Source: Antedon mediterranea
Taxonomy: Eukaryota > Animalia > Echinodermata
NCBI RefSeq assembly: GCF_964355755.1
Contig: NC_092670.1
Coordinates: 26,026,795 to 26,090,794 of the forward strand
Length of the DNA: 64,000 bases
Direction: 5' to 3'
Shown: positions 39,854-51,922 of the stretch, piece after piece
Numbering within the stretch: the first letter of the stretch is position 1
Layout: each line of letters starts with the position of its first letter
Notes under the pieces: generated by a model
What the model was told of the DNA's origin: nothing
The model's input: the letters and a program-made list of their open reading frames with translations, nothing else
Databases searched by the model: none
Made by a program: the position numbers and the translations under genes

Positions 39854-40055
39854 TCTAATTTGCAGGAAAAGGCACTCTCTCATATGTAGCATGCTACCAA
39901 TGAGCAAAAAGTACATACTTTTTCCCTTCGTTAAACATACTTTATGCTTGCTGACAGCCAGCAATCTAAACAATAGAGCACAATGTCATTCCCTTGGGGA
40001 TGTCAAATCTTATATTTCATCTCAAAGCAGGCAATATTTGTATATATAATATATA

Positions 40056-40395
40056 GAGTAGAACCTTCATTTTACGTACGGTACGGGACCGAAAGGCGTA
40101 CGTAAAACATTGGATTCGTAAAATCAAGGTTGACCTTAAATTGACCCCAAGTACGCAGAGATCGTAGCTATAACAGCCTGTGCGTTTAAATAAGTATTAT
40201 AAATAAAATATCAATGTTTTCTATCAATAAAAACAGTTGCTGCTGTAGGGGGAATGCACGTGTGTAGCTTGTCTCACAAAGCAGAATTCCGCACACAGCC
40301 ATGGCTTTGTTTGTTGTTATTAAATTGCGCCCTCAATGTAAGACAATAATGACATCATCGGTTATTTTAAGCGTACGTAAAATCAGGGTCTACTG
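40056..40395. mobile_element. Tigger-like MITE
   Basis: Imperfect TIRs gagtagaaccttcattttacgtacg / cgtacgtaaaatcagggtctactg with TA on both sides. Confidence 0.75.
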
Positions 40396-40794
40396 TATTG
40401 TAACATGTTATCTGTCTTGTGGGTACCTGTAGCATGCTAACAATGAGCAAAACGATAATACTTTTTCCCTCCAATAAACACGCGTAACTAATTAAAAGAC
40501 GATAACATTTTTTTGCCGATGTCATTCACTCAGTATTTTGTTTTTATTGCATTTTTAAAACAAATATGAGGGAAGGGGAAGAGGGTGCGCCCTCACAACC
40601 ACCCGCTCTCCCCCCCCCCCCCCCCACCCTATATCCGCCCCTGGCCACAAATCTTGCTACTTTATTAAAAAGGTAGACCTGGCTAAGCTAGATGTATATC
40701 TCTAAGTACGATTACTCCCCAGAAATTGACAACAAAGCCTAAAGAAGTAACATAGGCCAAGTCTAGAGTAGTATCCCTAGCTAAGATAGCCTGA

Positions 40795-41724
40795 CGCCCG
40801 TATTCTTAAACCGGACTTTAGTCGTAGTTCGAAGTTCGACTTGAAAAAGTCGTAGTTTGAGCTATTACTTCAAATTCGATTAAAAAACGAAGTAGTCGAA
40901 GTTTGCAGTTCGACTTAATGAAGTCGAGCTTTTAGTCGAGTTGCACACGTCTGGGTAACAAAGGCTATACATTGGCCAATGACAAGAGAGTATTTGAGGA
41001 GCAGACGAAATTTTGCGCATTGATATCACTTTCCATTTCTTTCAACACTTTTTACGCATCAGGACTATATACATGAAAAATAATTTTAATCGTTAATTAT
41101 TAGAACAATATCAGTATTAATTTAACAGTGAAGTATATTTGATTAACAACAAATAAAATCTTCAAAATATATTTAGGAACCATGGCGGTACGGTAACTTT
41201 TATATTTTCTAGGCCACCAACAAAGTATGATCGCGACGAACCACGCACTTCATAGCGTGACAAGAAAGCGCTAGGCCCCCTAAACATTCCATCGCATGGT
41301 GAATTGCCGCATCTCCCATTGTCGCTATGGCGCGTGACGTAGCTCAAGTCAGACTTGCGCGAAGAAAATAATGTAATTTGTATACAGTTGTAAATAAAGA
41401 TGTTTTTCATTATTATAACTTATACCAATGTATATTTAATTAAGCTAATATAAATATAGATATTTCATTCTTCAATATCTGGCCAATATAACAACTCAAT
41501 GACTGTTACGTTTTTTATAAACATCGTTTAAAAACCATTTAGTCGACCATTTAGCCTGCCCCCTCCAGGACTAAAAAAATCGATCAAAATCCGTCTCGAT
41601 TTAGTCGAGGTTGGCCTGATTTAGTCGGTGATTTAGTTGAAGTTCGGTTTATGAATTAAAATGACGTCATTTTTTTAGTTTTAGCTCGAACTACGACTAA
41701 AAGTCCGGTTTAAGAATACGGGCG
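40795..41724. mobile_element. Harbinger-like MITE
   Basis: ~38-bp TIRs cgcccgtattcttaaaccggacttt(t)agtcgtagttcga. The flanks tga/tta form an imperfect 3-bp TSD. Confidence 0.8.
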
Positions 41725-43052
41725 TTAGCCTAGACTGTTGAAAAAGTGTGAGGCAGCGAGGCATGCCAAATATTTGCGCAAGGTATCATATAGTTTACAA
41801 TTTCAAAAAAGTGTGAGGCATATTTTAAATTTAGGGCTGCGAAAATTTTGGGCTTTACAGTATCTTACATGATTGGCTATAAAAAGAGAGAGAGAGAGAA
41901 TTCTGGAGCCATTTCCGAATATTTTGTGATAGCAACCATATAGACGATCGTCCAACATGCAACATACTAGGCCTAAAGTCAAAATTTAGCTAATATGCTT
42001 AGCCCTAACCTAGAGGCCTATGTAGAAAATAATTTAATCAATTTTGATATAATAATAATTAGTGTAATCCTAAACTAGTCCTGTTTTAGTAGGCTAGGTA
42101 GTACGAAATATTTTCATTTTAGTTCATATGTTCGTACTATAATAGGCCTAGTTCTTTTTCGCACCTGCCTTGTGTTTTGACTCCAAATTTTATAACTAAC
42201 TTTATGATGTGGATACCACACCTTAGAATTAGGCCTCATAAGTACTTTATGAAGAAGAATCACATAAAAAGTAACAAATAAATCCTTCAATTGATGATTT
42301 TTCAGACGTGTTGAATTACACATATTCAATGTTCAATATTTTTGTTTCTATGGCATGACGAGAGCAACAATAATATAGTGGAATGCGTCAACTTTTAATA
42401 TATTTTATTGGTGAAATACACATTTTTTTTATTGACAGAGACAAAATATATTGAAATTAAACGTGAACCAAAAATGCGTTCAATATATGAATTCCACAGA
42501 GGTTTTAGCAAGTGTGACAAAGTGCCAGGCAGCGTTTTTATAATTAATTAATAATAATAATAACGATTGTTTTGTTTATTTCATTAAATTCATATTCTGT
42601 CAAGTTATTTGAGTTTAATTTTACAACAGTGCCCAAACTGTTCACAAGTTGTCTGTGGTTAGTTTTCATCTGTATGCACCTTTTTTTTTTTATCCGACCA
42701 ACAGTCTTCCGATAAACAATAATTGCTATAGCGACACATCTAATGACTCAGTGCATGCTTGATTGGCATTTTGAGGGTGTTCACTTTACAATTAATTTAA
42801 CATGTCCCTCGCACAGAGTGAAAGTATATTATTTTGTCACACCTCCGCACCTCGATTCGGTAGACCTGAGAGATAGAAAAGCCATGTACTATTTAGTAGG
42901 TATATAGCCGGACGATTCAGCATCCTATAGCACATGGTTTCAGCAATCACCACTGTCATCAAATAATAAAGAAAACTCTACATGCTTGATGGGAAGCTAA
43001 GACCCTCTCTAAGCAGCTTGAAAAGAAGACTACTACTACTGCGAAGGGGAGC

Positions 43053-43402
43053 ATTTATTTATTTTTATTTTATGTCTTTAGGCAATGTGGCCAAGGATTA
43101 CCAATAGTGAATTAATCACTGTCCTATCAGATAGGTGGTAATCCCCCTGATACAGGGGCTATTGTGTGAACCAGTTCACCGGGGTAACCCCCTACTCTTT
43201 TTCGAATAATGAACTGGGTTTCTTTAAAGTACACACAGGTTATAACTGTGTACACTGGACCTACGGTTTATAGTCCTTATCCGAGAAGACTTGTTCCACC
43301 ACCAGAACTAGGAGCGAGTCTGCCTCGAACCCTTGCCGATGTTGTTGTTGGCTCTTTAGGTACGGTAAACGGCGCCCCTGCCTTAACCGCTCGGCCATAT
43401 CA
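43053..43402 (-). mobile_element. tRNA-headed SINE with Deu/Nin-like central domain
   Basis: A box tggccgagcgg, B box ggttcgag, core ggataaggactataaaccgtaggtcc and (aaat)n tail. Confidence 0.8.
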
Positions 43403-45269
43403 CTCACAAAGCATGTTTTGGGACAATTGACCTTTGGGGCTAAAACGTTTAGTATGAGTTATGGGACGCCTCTCTGCATTATTTACTAGTAATAATTTGA
43501 TATGACGTTCTCTTCTCTTGAATGGCCTCCGTCAGTACATTTCTCGTTATTATTTGTTCATTTTTATGTCTTATGTTTTTGTTTTCAAATTAATATAAAT
43601 GTATCCTGTTATTCTATTGATTATATATATATTTGGTCTGTTTCTAACCTTTTAGTTTCAGTTACATAATCGCATGTTTTTTACCTATTACATCATTGAT
43701 ACTACTGGTACATCATGATGGGGATTCATGGATACGGTTAGCCTTAATCGTGGTGGACTTAATGGATTTTTAAGGGAAATTGAATCAAGTTAATACACCG
43801 AAACATCACTTTGGGGTCATCATTTTGCAATGAAGATGAGTTATTTGATTTAATGGACAAAGGATTCGTCAAGCAAGTACACTATACATTTCATAAAAAA
43901 TTACCTAAGAAATGTCGTTTTTATTCCAATTTAAACATTATTTTTGCGATCAATCTTCTCATGGCGGCGCCACGCTTGTCGATCGCTGTGAGGGGAAATC
44001 TCATCATTGTTTTGAGCGAGGTAGCGCAGGCTGAGTACGGCCTTGGCCTAGCTAGCATTTTTGGTTGGTTGCAATTTATTTTAATGTTTTAAGTACACCT
44101 AAACAAACAATATCTAATATATAAGTTTATCGTAACTATTTTATATTCATTTTTTTTCAATTGGCTAACTAAGCCTAGGCTAGGCCTGATCAACTGTAAA
44201 CAACATTGTTGGAAATTTCACCATGAAATTCGTGAAATTATTTTCGCGCTTGTTATTCAATCGCAAAAGTTGCGAAAATAAAGGGTGCGCGAACAGTAAA
44301 TAGATTTGAACTTTGACAAGTTCGGGTTGCACATACGTTAAAATAAATGACTGTCGACAATTATTATGCCATCTTATTAGAAATATGTTTACAGTGCTGA
44401 ATTGTACCATATTGGCCATATGGTTACGTCAAAACATCTGGTAGATATCAATTTTACATGAATCTATCAATAAGATAGAAAAAAAAAGTTGCTATTTTCT
44501 TCTCAATAACGGCAAACTAGTCGAAAATATATCACTGTGTGGTGCATAATATTATATTTTTTGTTATTTCTTTAAAATATATGGATAAAAATAACGATTA
44601 CCTTCCTAAATATTCTCAAAATATTGAAACGTTCATTCGAGAAACCACGATCGAAGCCATGCTGTTTCATCGTAAACAAAAGCGTCAGCCAATCAGAGAG
44701 CGTTATTTATCTCTATAGCCAATCACAGTCAAGGATTTACAAATTCTTGTTAGAAATTTCAGCAACCTAACACTTTAATAAAACCAATTTCCATTGGCTA
44801 GATTAAAAAAATCCCTTAGGTTGTTAAAAATTATGGTAGCTGATATATTTTCGAACAGATAGGTGCCAAACATGACATGATTCGGGTTAGCGGTTTGTTT
44901 ACAAAAGCGCCGTAAAGAAAGTTGATTTTTGAGTGAACAAAAATACAATTTCCTAATGATTTTAAATGGAAACGACTTAAATAATTGTAAAATACACATA
45001 CTTGTGATATTTTTTTATGAACAAGAGTTTGATATGTTAAAGTGTTAATACTATCGTTGTTTATTGAAATTTTTAAATGGATAGGTTAGGCCGTTTTTCA
45101 CATTATGAACCTCAAGGCTAAATATCTCAAAAGGTCGGGCTGCGACTCTGCGCCGCTTTTGTGATGCCAGGCCTCATATAAAATTAATAAAATATTATGA
45201 AGGAGGCACAATTTCTGAAAAGAAAAAGCTTGTATTGAAAGTACCTGAACAAATTTTTAAAAACAGGTC

Positions 45270-46060
45270 AATAAATAATAGTAATTCCTATATAGTAAAT
45301 AAAGTAATAATAATCACTATATAACGAAATATGAAGCAAATAAAAACTACCAGTCTAGAATATAATTAATTATTAGATTAATTTTGTGTTAACTATTGTT
45401 TTGTTTTAAAAATGAAGCTCTGTTTGGTTGCTGAAATTGTAATTTTCTGAGGAAGTGAGTTCCATATCTTGTGTCCAGTAAATATAATATTTTGTTGAAA
45501 AGAACTCTTTTTGTGTTATGAAGGTTATTTAGGATTCTTGTAGAATAACTGTGAAATTCATAATTTGGTGAAAACATATCACACAAATGAGTTGGAAGAA
45601 GAAATTTTTGACTTTTGTAAATGAATAAGCATTGTTGAAAAATATTTATACCTGTCAGTTTTAATAATTTAATTGAACGAAATAAAGGATTCGTACTAGT
45701 TCTTAGTGGAACCTTTGTGATTATTTGCATGATTTTCTTTTGAAGTATTTGAAGGTTATTTTAGATAAGATGCCAATCTACAAATTATAGCAACATTTTT
45801 TGAGATTTTGTTTTCTGTCTCAATAGTATGGGGGTCAGGCAAAAAAATGTTGCATTGACTATTATGGAGAGAGTGTTGTTTACAATGGACCTAATTTAAC
45901 CAGCATTAGACTACTCCTAAACAGAGCATAACTGCACTTTTTAAAATTTAGAGAAAGGTTGTTTGCCAGAAACCATTCGGATACATTAATTAAACTTGTA
46001 TTTACAGTGTTAAACAATGATGCTAAGTGTCGATTTTGTGTCATCTGCATATAAAAAAAT
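45270..46060 (-). mobile_element. Decayed L2/Crack-type LINE 3' fragment
   Basis: VNTSLINVSEWFLANNLSLNFKKC and PLFRSIKLLKL...CLFIYK...HSYSTR are typical RT C-terminal motifs of this group. Confidence 0.75.
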
Positions 46061-46283
46061 AAGATAATGAATCGTATCTTCATATTTAATATTATGACAG
46101 TATTAATATCGCTTCTTACCATTGTCACTATTTCATATAAAAGCCAAAAAAATATCGGAAAACTGAAAGAAAAACAATTTTAAAAGTACAGACGTGTTTG
46201 AAGAATCATAGAATCGTACACCTTATTATTTCGTTCTTGTTTATGACAAAATTCTAAGCTATAAATACAGTACATAACACTAA

Positions 46284-47832
46284 TTAGTTATCCGCTTGGT
46301 AGAGCGGATAACTCCTTGTTATTGTATTGGATCAATATTTTTTTTCTGTATAGTTCTTCTTTCTTTCTCGCTTTTTTGTGCATCGCGTTTCTCTAAAATG
46401 TGTAAACATAACATTTCATAACTTTGACAACATGTGGCCATTTACGTAAAGTTGTGCGCCTTCTATTTTGAATGACGTCAGAGTTGCGATTTTATGATTT
46501 TTAATGATTGATCATAGATTAAAAACCAAGCTTTATTTTGTTTTGACACTTGGTGAAAATCTAAGTCATATCAAGGTCAAACTTTCTATGGATTAAAAAT
46601 GGCATGTTTCACAAAAAGTTACGCTTTTAAAATTTCAAAATGCGCAAAATTAATTTCTAATCAACTTTCTACTGATCATGACATTTTGAGCATGTCAAAA
46701 ATTCCTGCTTGCGCGAAAAATGTTACGCGTAAGGTGCGCACGGAGTATGAAAAACATATTTTTTTCTCTTGAATTATATTTTTCAAGCCTTTCCTAGTAA
46801 TTTTGAAAACAATTTAGACCTTTTCCAGTTTAAATAACGCCATACGAACACGTTGAATTAGACAATTCGCGCGCGTTTTTTATGAAAAAACTTTAAAAAT
46901 CGTCAAAATAATGTCTTTTTTTAAACAGTCATAGTTTCTAAAGTAAACCGTGAACCGTTTATTTTTATTACAAAATCTAGAAGTTGATGAGTTGTAGATA
47001 TCGGATCATGCATCAATAAGGCTAAAAAACCATTGTGACGTCATCGTATGGCCACACGAATGTATAATATAGGATTTTTGTCTCTTTCGTTATTGTTCAT
47101 AACATTCAATAGAGCGCATCTTGCTTATCCGTATTCAATTTTCCCCGAGATTTTAATATTGTCTAGGTCAATCAACTATCTTTCGCATGAGTTAAAAATA
47201 TTTTAATTTTTATAACGTCATCATGCCTAAAATTTTTAATTACCTGGGTCATTAATTTCATCTTTACAGTAAATTTTAATCTGTTATAGCTCGTAAGAAT
47301 AAAATGTGATAATCACGATTAAAACGTTTTCTGGAAGCTATTGGATTGTAGATACGAATTTATATGAACATTTTGCCAATCTGATGTCATCATATGGCCA
47401 CTTGACTTTAAAAAGTCAGATTTTAATCTTTTGCGTCATAGTTCATTACATTTAAAAGAGCGCGCATCAATATTTCCCGTATTCAAATTTCTTCTACACG
47501 TTAATATGTTGTTACTGAGATAATTTCCTCCCGAAATTGCTATCTTAGTGTTTCATTTTGATACCGTAACCATGTTAAAAATTTGAACAAATGGCGGGTT
47601 CCGTAATTTCACCTATTCTACACTGTATGATGTATACAGATTATACTGTTTATACTGTATATACTATATGACACAAAATAGACAGAATTCAGCACTAACA
47701 ACGTATGATATTCTTCAGTTCAGGTCATAATGCCATAATCTGTATCTGTGTGCAATATTCCAACGTATGACGTGCACGTGGCGTTTGTCGTGCGGATAAC
47801 TAACTCGTCAAAGTGACGAGTTTCATGTCTAG
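46284..47832 (+). mobile_element. Complete Helentron/HINE-type non-autonomous element
   Basis: 5' tagttatccgc-ttggtaga-gcggataact. 3' gcggataacta, hairpin actcgtca-aag-tgacgagt, then ctag. T on both flanks. Confidence 0.82.
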
Positions 47833-49268
47833 TTACTTTTAGGTTGGGAATATTAGAATTATCAAAAAATCAAAAAACTATCAAAAAATGGAACCTAGTT
47901 TTGCAATGGAGATTGCATTTGTTATTTTCATCTCGTTGTTCGTTCCATCTATTCATACATCGTACATAATGTGTTGTGTTATTATGAGGTGGGATAATGT
48001 TAATCAAGTTAACCGATTCACCCCGATAAGCGCCTAAAGTGCTTTAGGCGCTCATGAGGTTGAAAGTCAAGGTCATTGTAAACAAATGGTCAATAAATAA
48101 AAAGTAAACTGAATTTACAAAAACAATTATACAAAATACTAAAATATGCTTCCAAATGTATAAAAACAATGAATCGAGTTTGAAAATAATTTGAAAAGCG
48201 ACGGCCATGTTATTCTAAACATACAACGTAAAATCGTCTAAAATCCGTCATTATTTGTAATAATCACTATTTTGAAGCTTGTATACAATAAAGGAACAAG
48301 TTGGAGTGTAAAACACATGTACCCATGTGTGACCAAAGTTGTTAAAAATTCAGAAATATGAATATTAAAACAGTGTTCAGGTGTGTAGTCAATCGCAAGC
48401 GGTTGAAACTAGTCAATCGGATAATCATATGCACCATAAATTCTTGGTGTCAAAACATGTGACATGTTCTTCAATATTGCCTGACAAAGCAATTTAATCA
48501 AAAATATTTGCAATATGGAGATTCTAAAGCAGCATGCTTGGCTGAAAATCCTGGCAGATTCGTCGAAAATAAGAATTTCCTTCCTCTCAAATCAAGATTC
48601 TTTCAAAACCTTCTTTCAAACCTCACTTTTATGGATTTATAGTTCGAATTTTTATGCATAGTAAGGTATAATGTTAATATTTATTTACTAGGCCAAAAAA
48701 ACAAAATGTCTGGGATATGATTTTCAAGCCTATTCGGCCTATTTTCATTGGTATATCGAAACATAGTAGTAGTGATCTCGGGTCACAATTAAAAATTGAT
48801 TTTCTATCTATAGGCTCACAATATATCAGCCCTCCAGGCTACAGTAATGGAAACCCTAACCCTTGTATTAATTTAATCTATTGATGTGAAAAAACATAAT
48901 GTACTGTAATAGGCAAGTCACGCAATATGTGTAAACTGCAATCTCTGGGCTTTATCCATAGCCAAGCAGAGGCGCCGGTGGATATATTTGTTTTACTAGT
49001 TTTGCTTTGCCTTGAAAATTGCAATGAGCGTAACAGTGTACACCAGAGTGGAGAAAAGCAAACGCAAGTGTCTTCCTGGTAGTGTGACCATTCGGCCCAT
49101 TTTTTAAATATATTGTCAAATACATTAAACATAAATTATTCAATAATGTTTGGTTTTGTTTCATTTTCAGAGAGACTGTGAGAGTAGTAAGACTAGGGAT
49201 AATGATCCAATTGCCAGGGACTGATTTCTTTATGGACAAAGAAAAATCAAATAATACAATAGATTTTA

Positions 49269-51626
49269 GTGTTGTATTTTTTTATTTTAAAGATAGTTGT
49301 TTCAATACGATTTTTTCAAAGAATATATTACCCTCCTTCAGCCCCAGGTGCTGTTGACATCATTGAACATATACTCAACACGGTTGACGAGATTCGTCTA
49401 ACTAACCCAGATTCACCGATGATAATCCTAGGCGACTTTAATGATTTGAACATTGATAGTCTAACAGAACAACTTGGGATGGTACAAATCATTGATTTTC
49501 CAACTCGTGACGTTTCGCTACTTAACAAGGTTTTTATGACCCATCCAGAACTATATACAAAGCCTAAAAAATGTGCACCCATTGGGCGTAGTGACCATAG
49601 TAGTATTATCATTCATCCTTGCCATGAGTTGCCGCCATCCAAATATATGCGTATGCAAGTTAGACCATACAGAGAGTCGTCAGTAAGATCGTTTGGACAA
49701 TGGATAACCAACTATAACTGGAACTGGATGTTCAATCGTAACTTATGTATAAATGAGAAAGTAAATGGTTTTTTAAATGTCTTAAAAGGTGCAAATAATC
49801 ACAATTTCCCTGTCAAGCAAATAAGAAAAAGAATAGCTGATCGTCCTTGGATGACTCAAAACGTTCGTCGACTACTTGATGCAAGGCAGCGAATGTATAA
49901 CAACTGTACTAAAGCTGAATGGAGAGAAACACGCAATGCTGTCCAGAGAAGCATTCGTTCAGCAAAGAAAAATTGTTATGATAAATCAATGCGAGGCCTT
50001 AAAAATAATGATCCGGCAACATGGCATCACAGTGTACGTAAACTGTGCAATCTAAAAAATCGAACCATGCTAAAATTCCCTGGCCACTCAAATCAAGATC
50101 TTGCAAATGATATCAATAACCACTTTGCATCTGTGTGCCGACAGCTTCCCCCAGTTGATGTAAATGCTCTTCCTGCATATTTGCCTTCACCTGAACCCCC
50201 GCCAAAAATTTTTCCTGGACAAGTCAGAAGATTGATTAATAAACTAAAGTCAAAGAAGTCTAGTCACCCTGATGACATGCCAATTAAACTTATAAAAGAA
50301 TTCGCCTTTGAAATTGCTACCCCACTTGCCCATATTTTTAATTGTTGTCTTAATGAAGGTGTATTTCCCGAGTTATGGAAGTTAGTAACAGCCATTCCTG
50401 TTCCAAAAGTTTCTAATGTGACATCATTTCAAGACCTCAGGCCAATTTCACTTACCCCCATCTTTGCCAAGTTGTTTGAGTCATTCCTTACTGATTGGGT
50501 GACTAGTGACATTCATGAACATTTAGATATTAAACAATTTGGTTGCCGTAAAGGCTCATCTACTAGCCATTATCTTGTGGACATGATTCAGTCTGTAATT
50601 AGTGATATTGAAAAAGGTGATTCTTTTGTGGATATTTGTGCCGTTGATTTTACGAAGGCCTTCGACCGAATTGACCATACGGTCATTGTTAAAAAGCTAG
50701 TCGACATCGGAGTGAGAACATCTATTATTCCCACCATCTGTAGCTTTCTGACGGATCGTAAAATAAATACTAAACTTAGTTCATCCTTTTCCCCTTATGC
50801 CAACATCACATGTGGGATTCCACAGGGTACAAAGCTTGGGCCAATTTTGTTTCTTATATTAGTCAATGATATCTCTATGGAAGGCTGCAGATGGTGGAAG
50901 TACGTTGATGATCTCACTCTTGGTGACACTGTTAAACATGGTAATGCCCCTAAACTTCAATCTTGTCTTGATGACCTTACTGAGTGGTGTGATACAAATC
51001 ACATGGTCCCTAAACCCTCTAAGTGTCATATCATGAAAGTTAATTTTTTGAAAAGAAATATTCCCCCTCCTAATTATTACCTTAGCGGTACAACACTTAA
51101 TGTTGTTTCGTGTATGAAGCTCCTTGGACTTATAATCCAGGATGACTTGAAATGGGATAATGTCGTCAGTGACATGGTAAAAAGAGCATCCAAAAGGTTG
51201 TATACGTTATATATCCTTAGAAGGGCCAATGTACCAGTTCATGATATGATATCCGTTTATGTTTGTTATATTCGCCCAATCTTAGAATACGGCTGCCCTG
51301 TGTGGCATGGAAGCATCAATAAGGCCCAAATATCGACCATTGAAAGAGTGCAAAAGAGAGTTTTACGTATTATTCTGAGTCCCGCTTTCCTTACGTATGA
51401 TTCAGCTCTTGAGCTTACAGATATGACCACTCTCGCATCCAGACGAGAGACGTTGATTAAAAAATTTGGAGAAAGGCTCTTGAAATCGGAATTGTACAGA
51501 ACTATTTTGCCTGACTACCGCATTATTACTAGAGAGCTTAGATCAACCACGGTAGATAAACCCCTAATTAATATACCTGTTTGTAGAACTAACCGTCTTA
51601 AGACCTCGTCTGCGCCCTTACTATAA
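49269..51626 (+). CDS. LINE ORF2 (APE endonuclease C-terminal half plus reverse transcriptase), CR1 group, 5'-truncated
   Basis: YYPP, ILGDFND and SDH (APE); LRPISLT, QFG, DFTKAFDRIDH, GIPQGTKLGP, KYVDD and RPILEYGCPVWH (RT). Homology starts near 49325, so the listed start codon is in flanking DNA. Confidence 0.92.
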   Translation: MLYFFILKIVVSIRFFQRIYYPPSAPGAVDIIEHILNTVDEIRLTNPDSPMIILGDFNDLNIDSLTEQLGMVQIIDFPTRDVSLLNKVFMTHPELYTKPKKCAPIGRSDHSSIIIHPCHELPPSKYMRMQVRPYRESSVRSFGQWITNYNWNWMFNRNLCINEKVNGFLNVLKGANNHNFPVKQIRKRIADRPWMTQNVRRLLDARQRMYNNCTKAEWRETRNAVQRSIRSAKKNCYDKSMRGLKNNDPATWHHSVRKLCNLKNRTMLKFPGHSNQDLANDINNHFASVCRQLPPVDVNALPAYLPSPEPPPKIFPGQVRRLINKLKSKKSSHPDDMPIKLIKEFAFEIATPLAHIFNCCLNEGVFPELWKLVTAIPVPKVSNVTSFQDLRPISLTPIFAKLFESFLTDWVTSDIHEHLDIKQFGCRKGSSTSHYLVDMIQSVISDIEKGDSFVDICAVDFTKAFDRIDHTVIVKKLVDIGVRTSIIPTICSFLTDRKINTKLSSSFSPYANITCGIPQGTKLGPILFLILVNDISMEGCRWWKYVDDLTLGDTVKHGNAPKLQSCLDDLTEWCDTNHMVPKPSKCHIMKVNFLKRNIPPPNYYLSGTTLNVVSCMKLLGLIIQDDLKWDNVVSDMVKRASKRLYTLYILRRANVPVHDMISVYVCYIRPILEYGCPVWHGSINKAQISTIERVQKRVLRIILSPAFLTYDSALELTDMTTLASRRETLIKKFGERLLKSELYRTILPDYRIITRELRSTTVDKPLINIPVCRTNRLKTSSAPLL

Positions 51627-51922
51627 AGTAGAATCCTTAATTTAAACAGTACCTAAACTGATCACGCTGAAGATGGCTATGTTATAAATATTTACATATA
51701 TAGGCCTATGCATTTGTATATAAATTTTGTAATTTTTTTAACTAATTTAATTTTTTTAACTGACTTTTTCAAATTTTTTAATGTTTTGTATAAATTTTTG
51801 TATTTTTTTAATATTTGTGTTTCCATATATATATATATATTTTTGTAAATCAACAATTTCAGCCTTCGGGCTGCATGTTTTTTATTATATAAACCTGAAT
51901 AAATAAATAAATAAAAAAAAAA
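49325..51922 (+). mobile_element. 5'-truncated CR1-group LINE
   Basis: Open ORF2, T-rich 3' UTR, hairpin cagcc-ttcg-ggctg (51860-51873) and (aata)n/poly-A tail. Confidence 0.9.

Noticed and set aside
48878-49239. Overlapping minus-strand ORFs next to the LINE 5' end
   Set aside because: No recognisable domain, not an inverted piece of the LINE, and not RIM-like.
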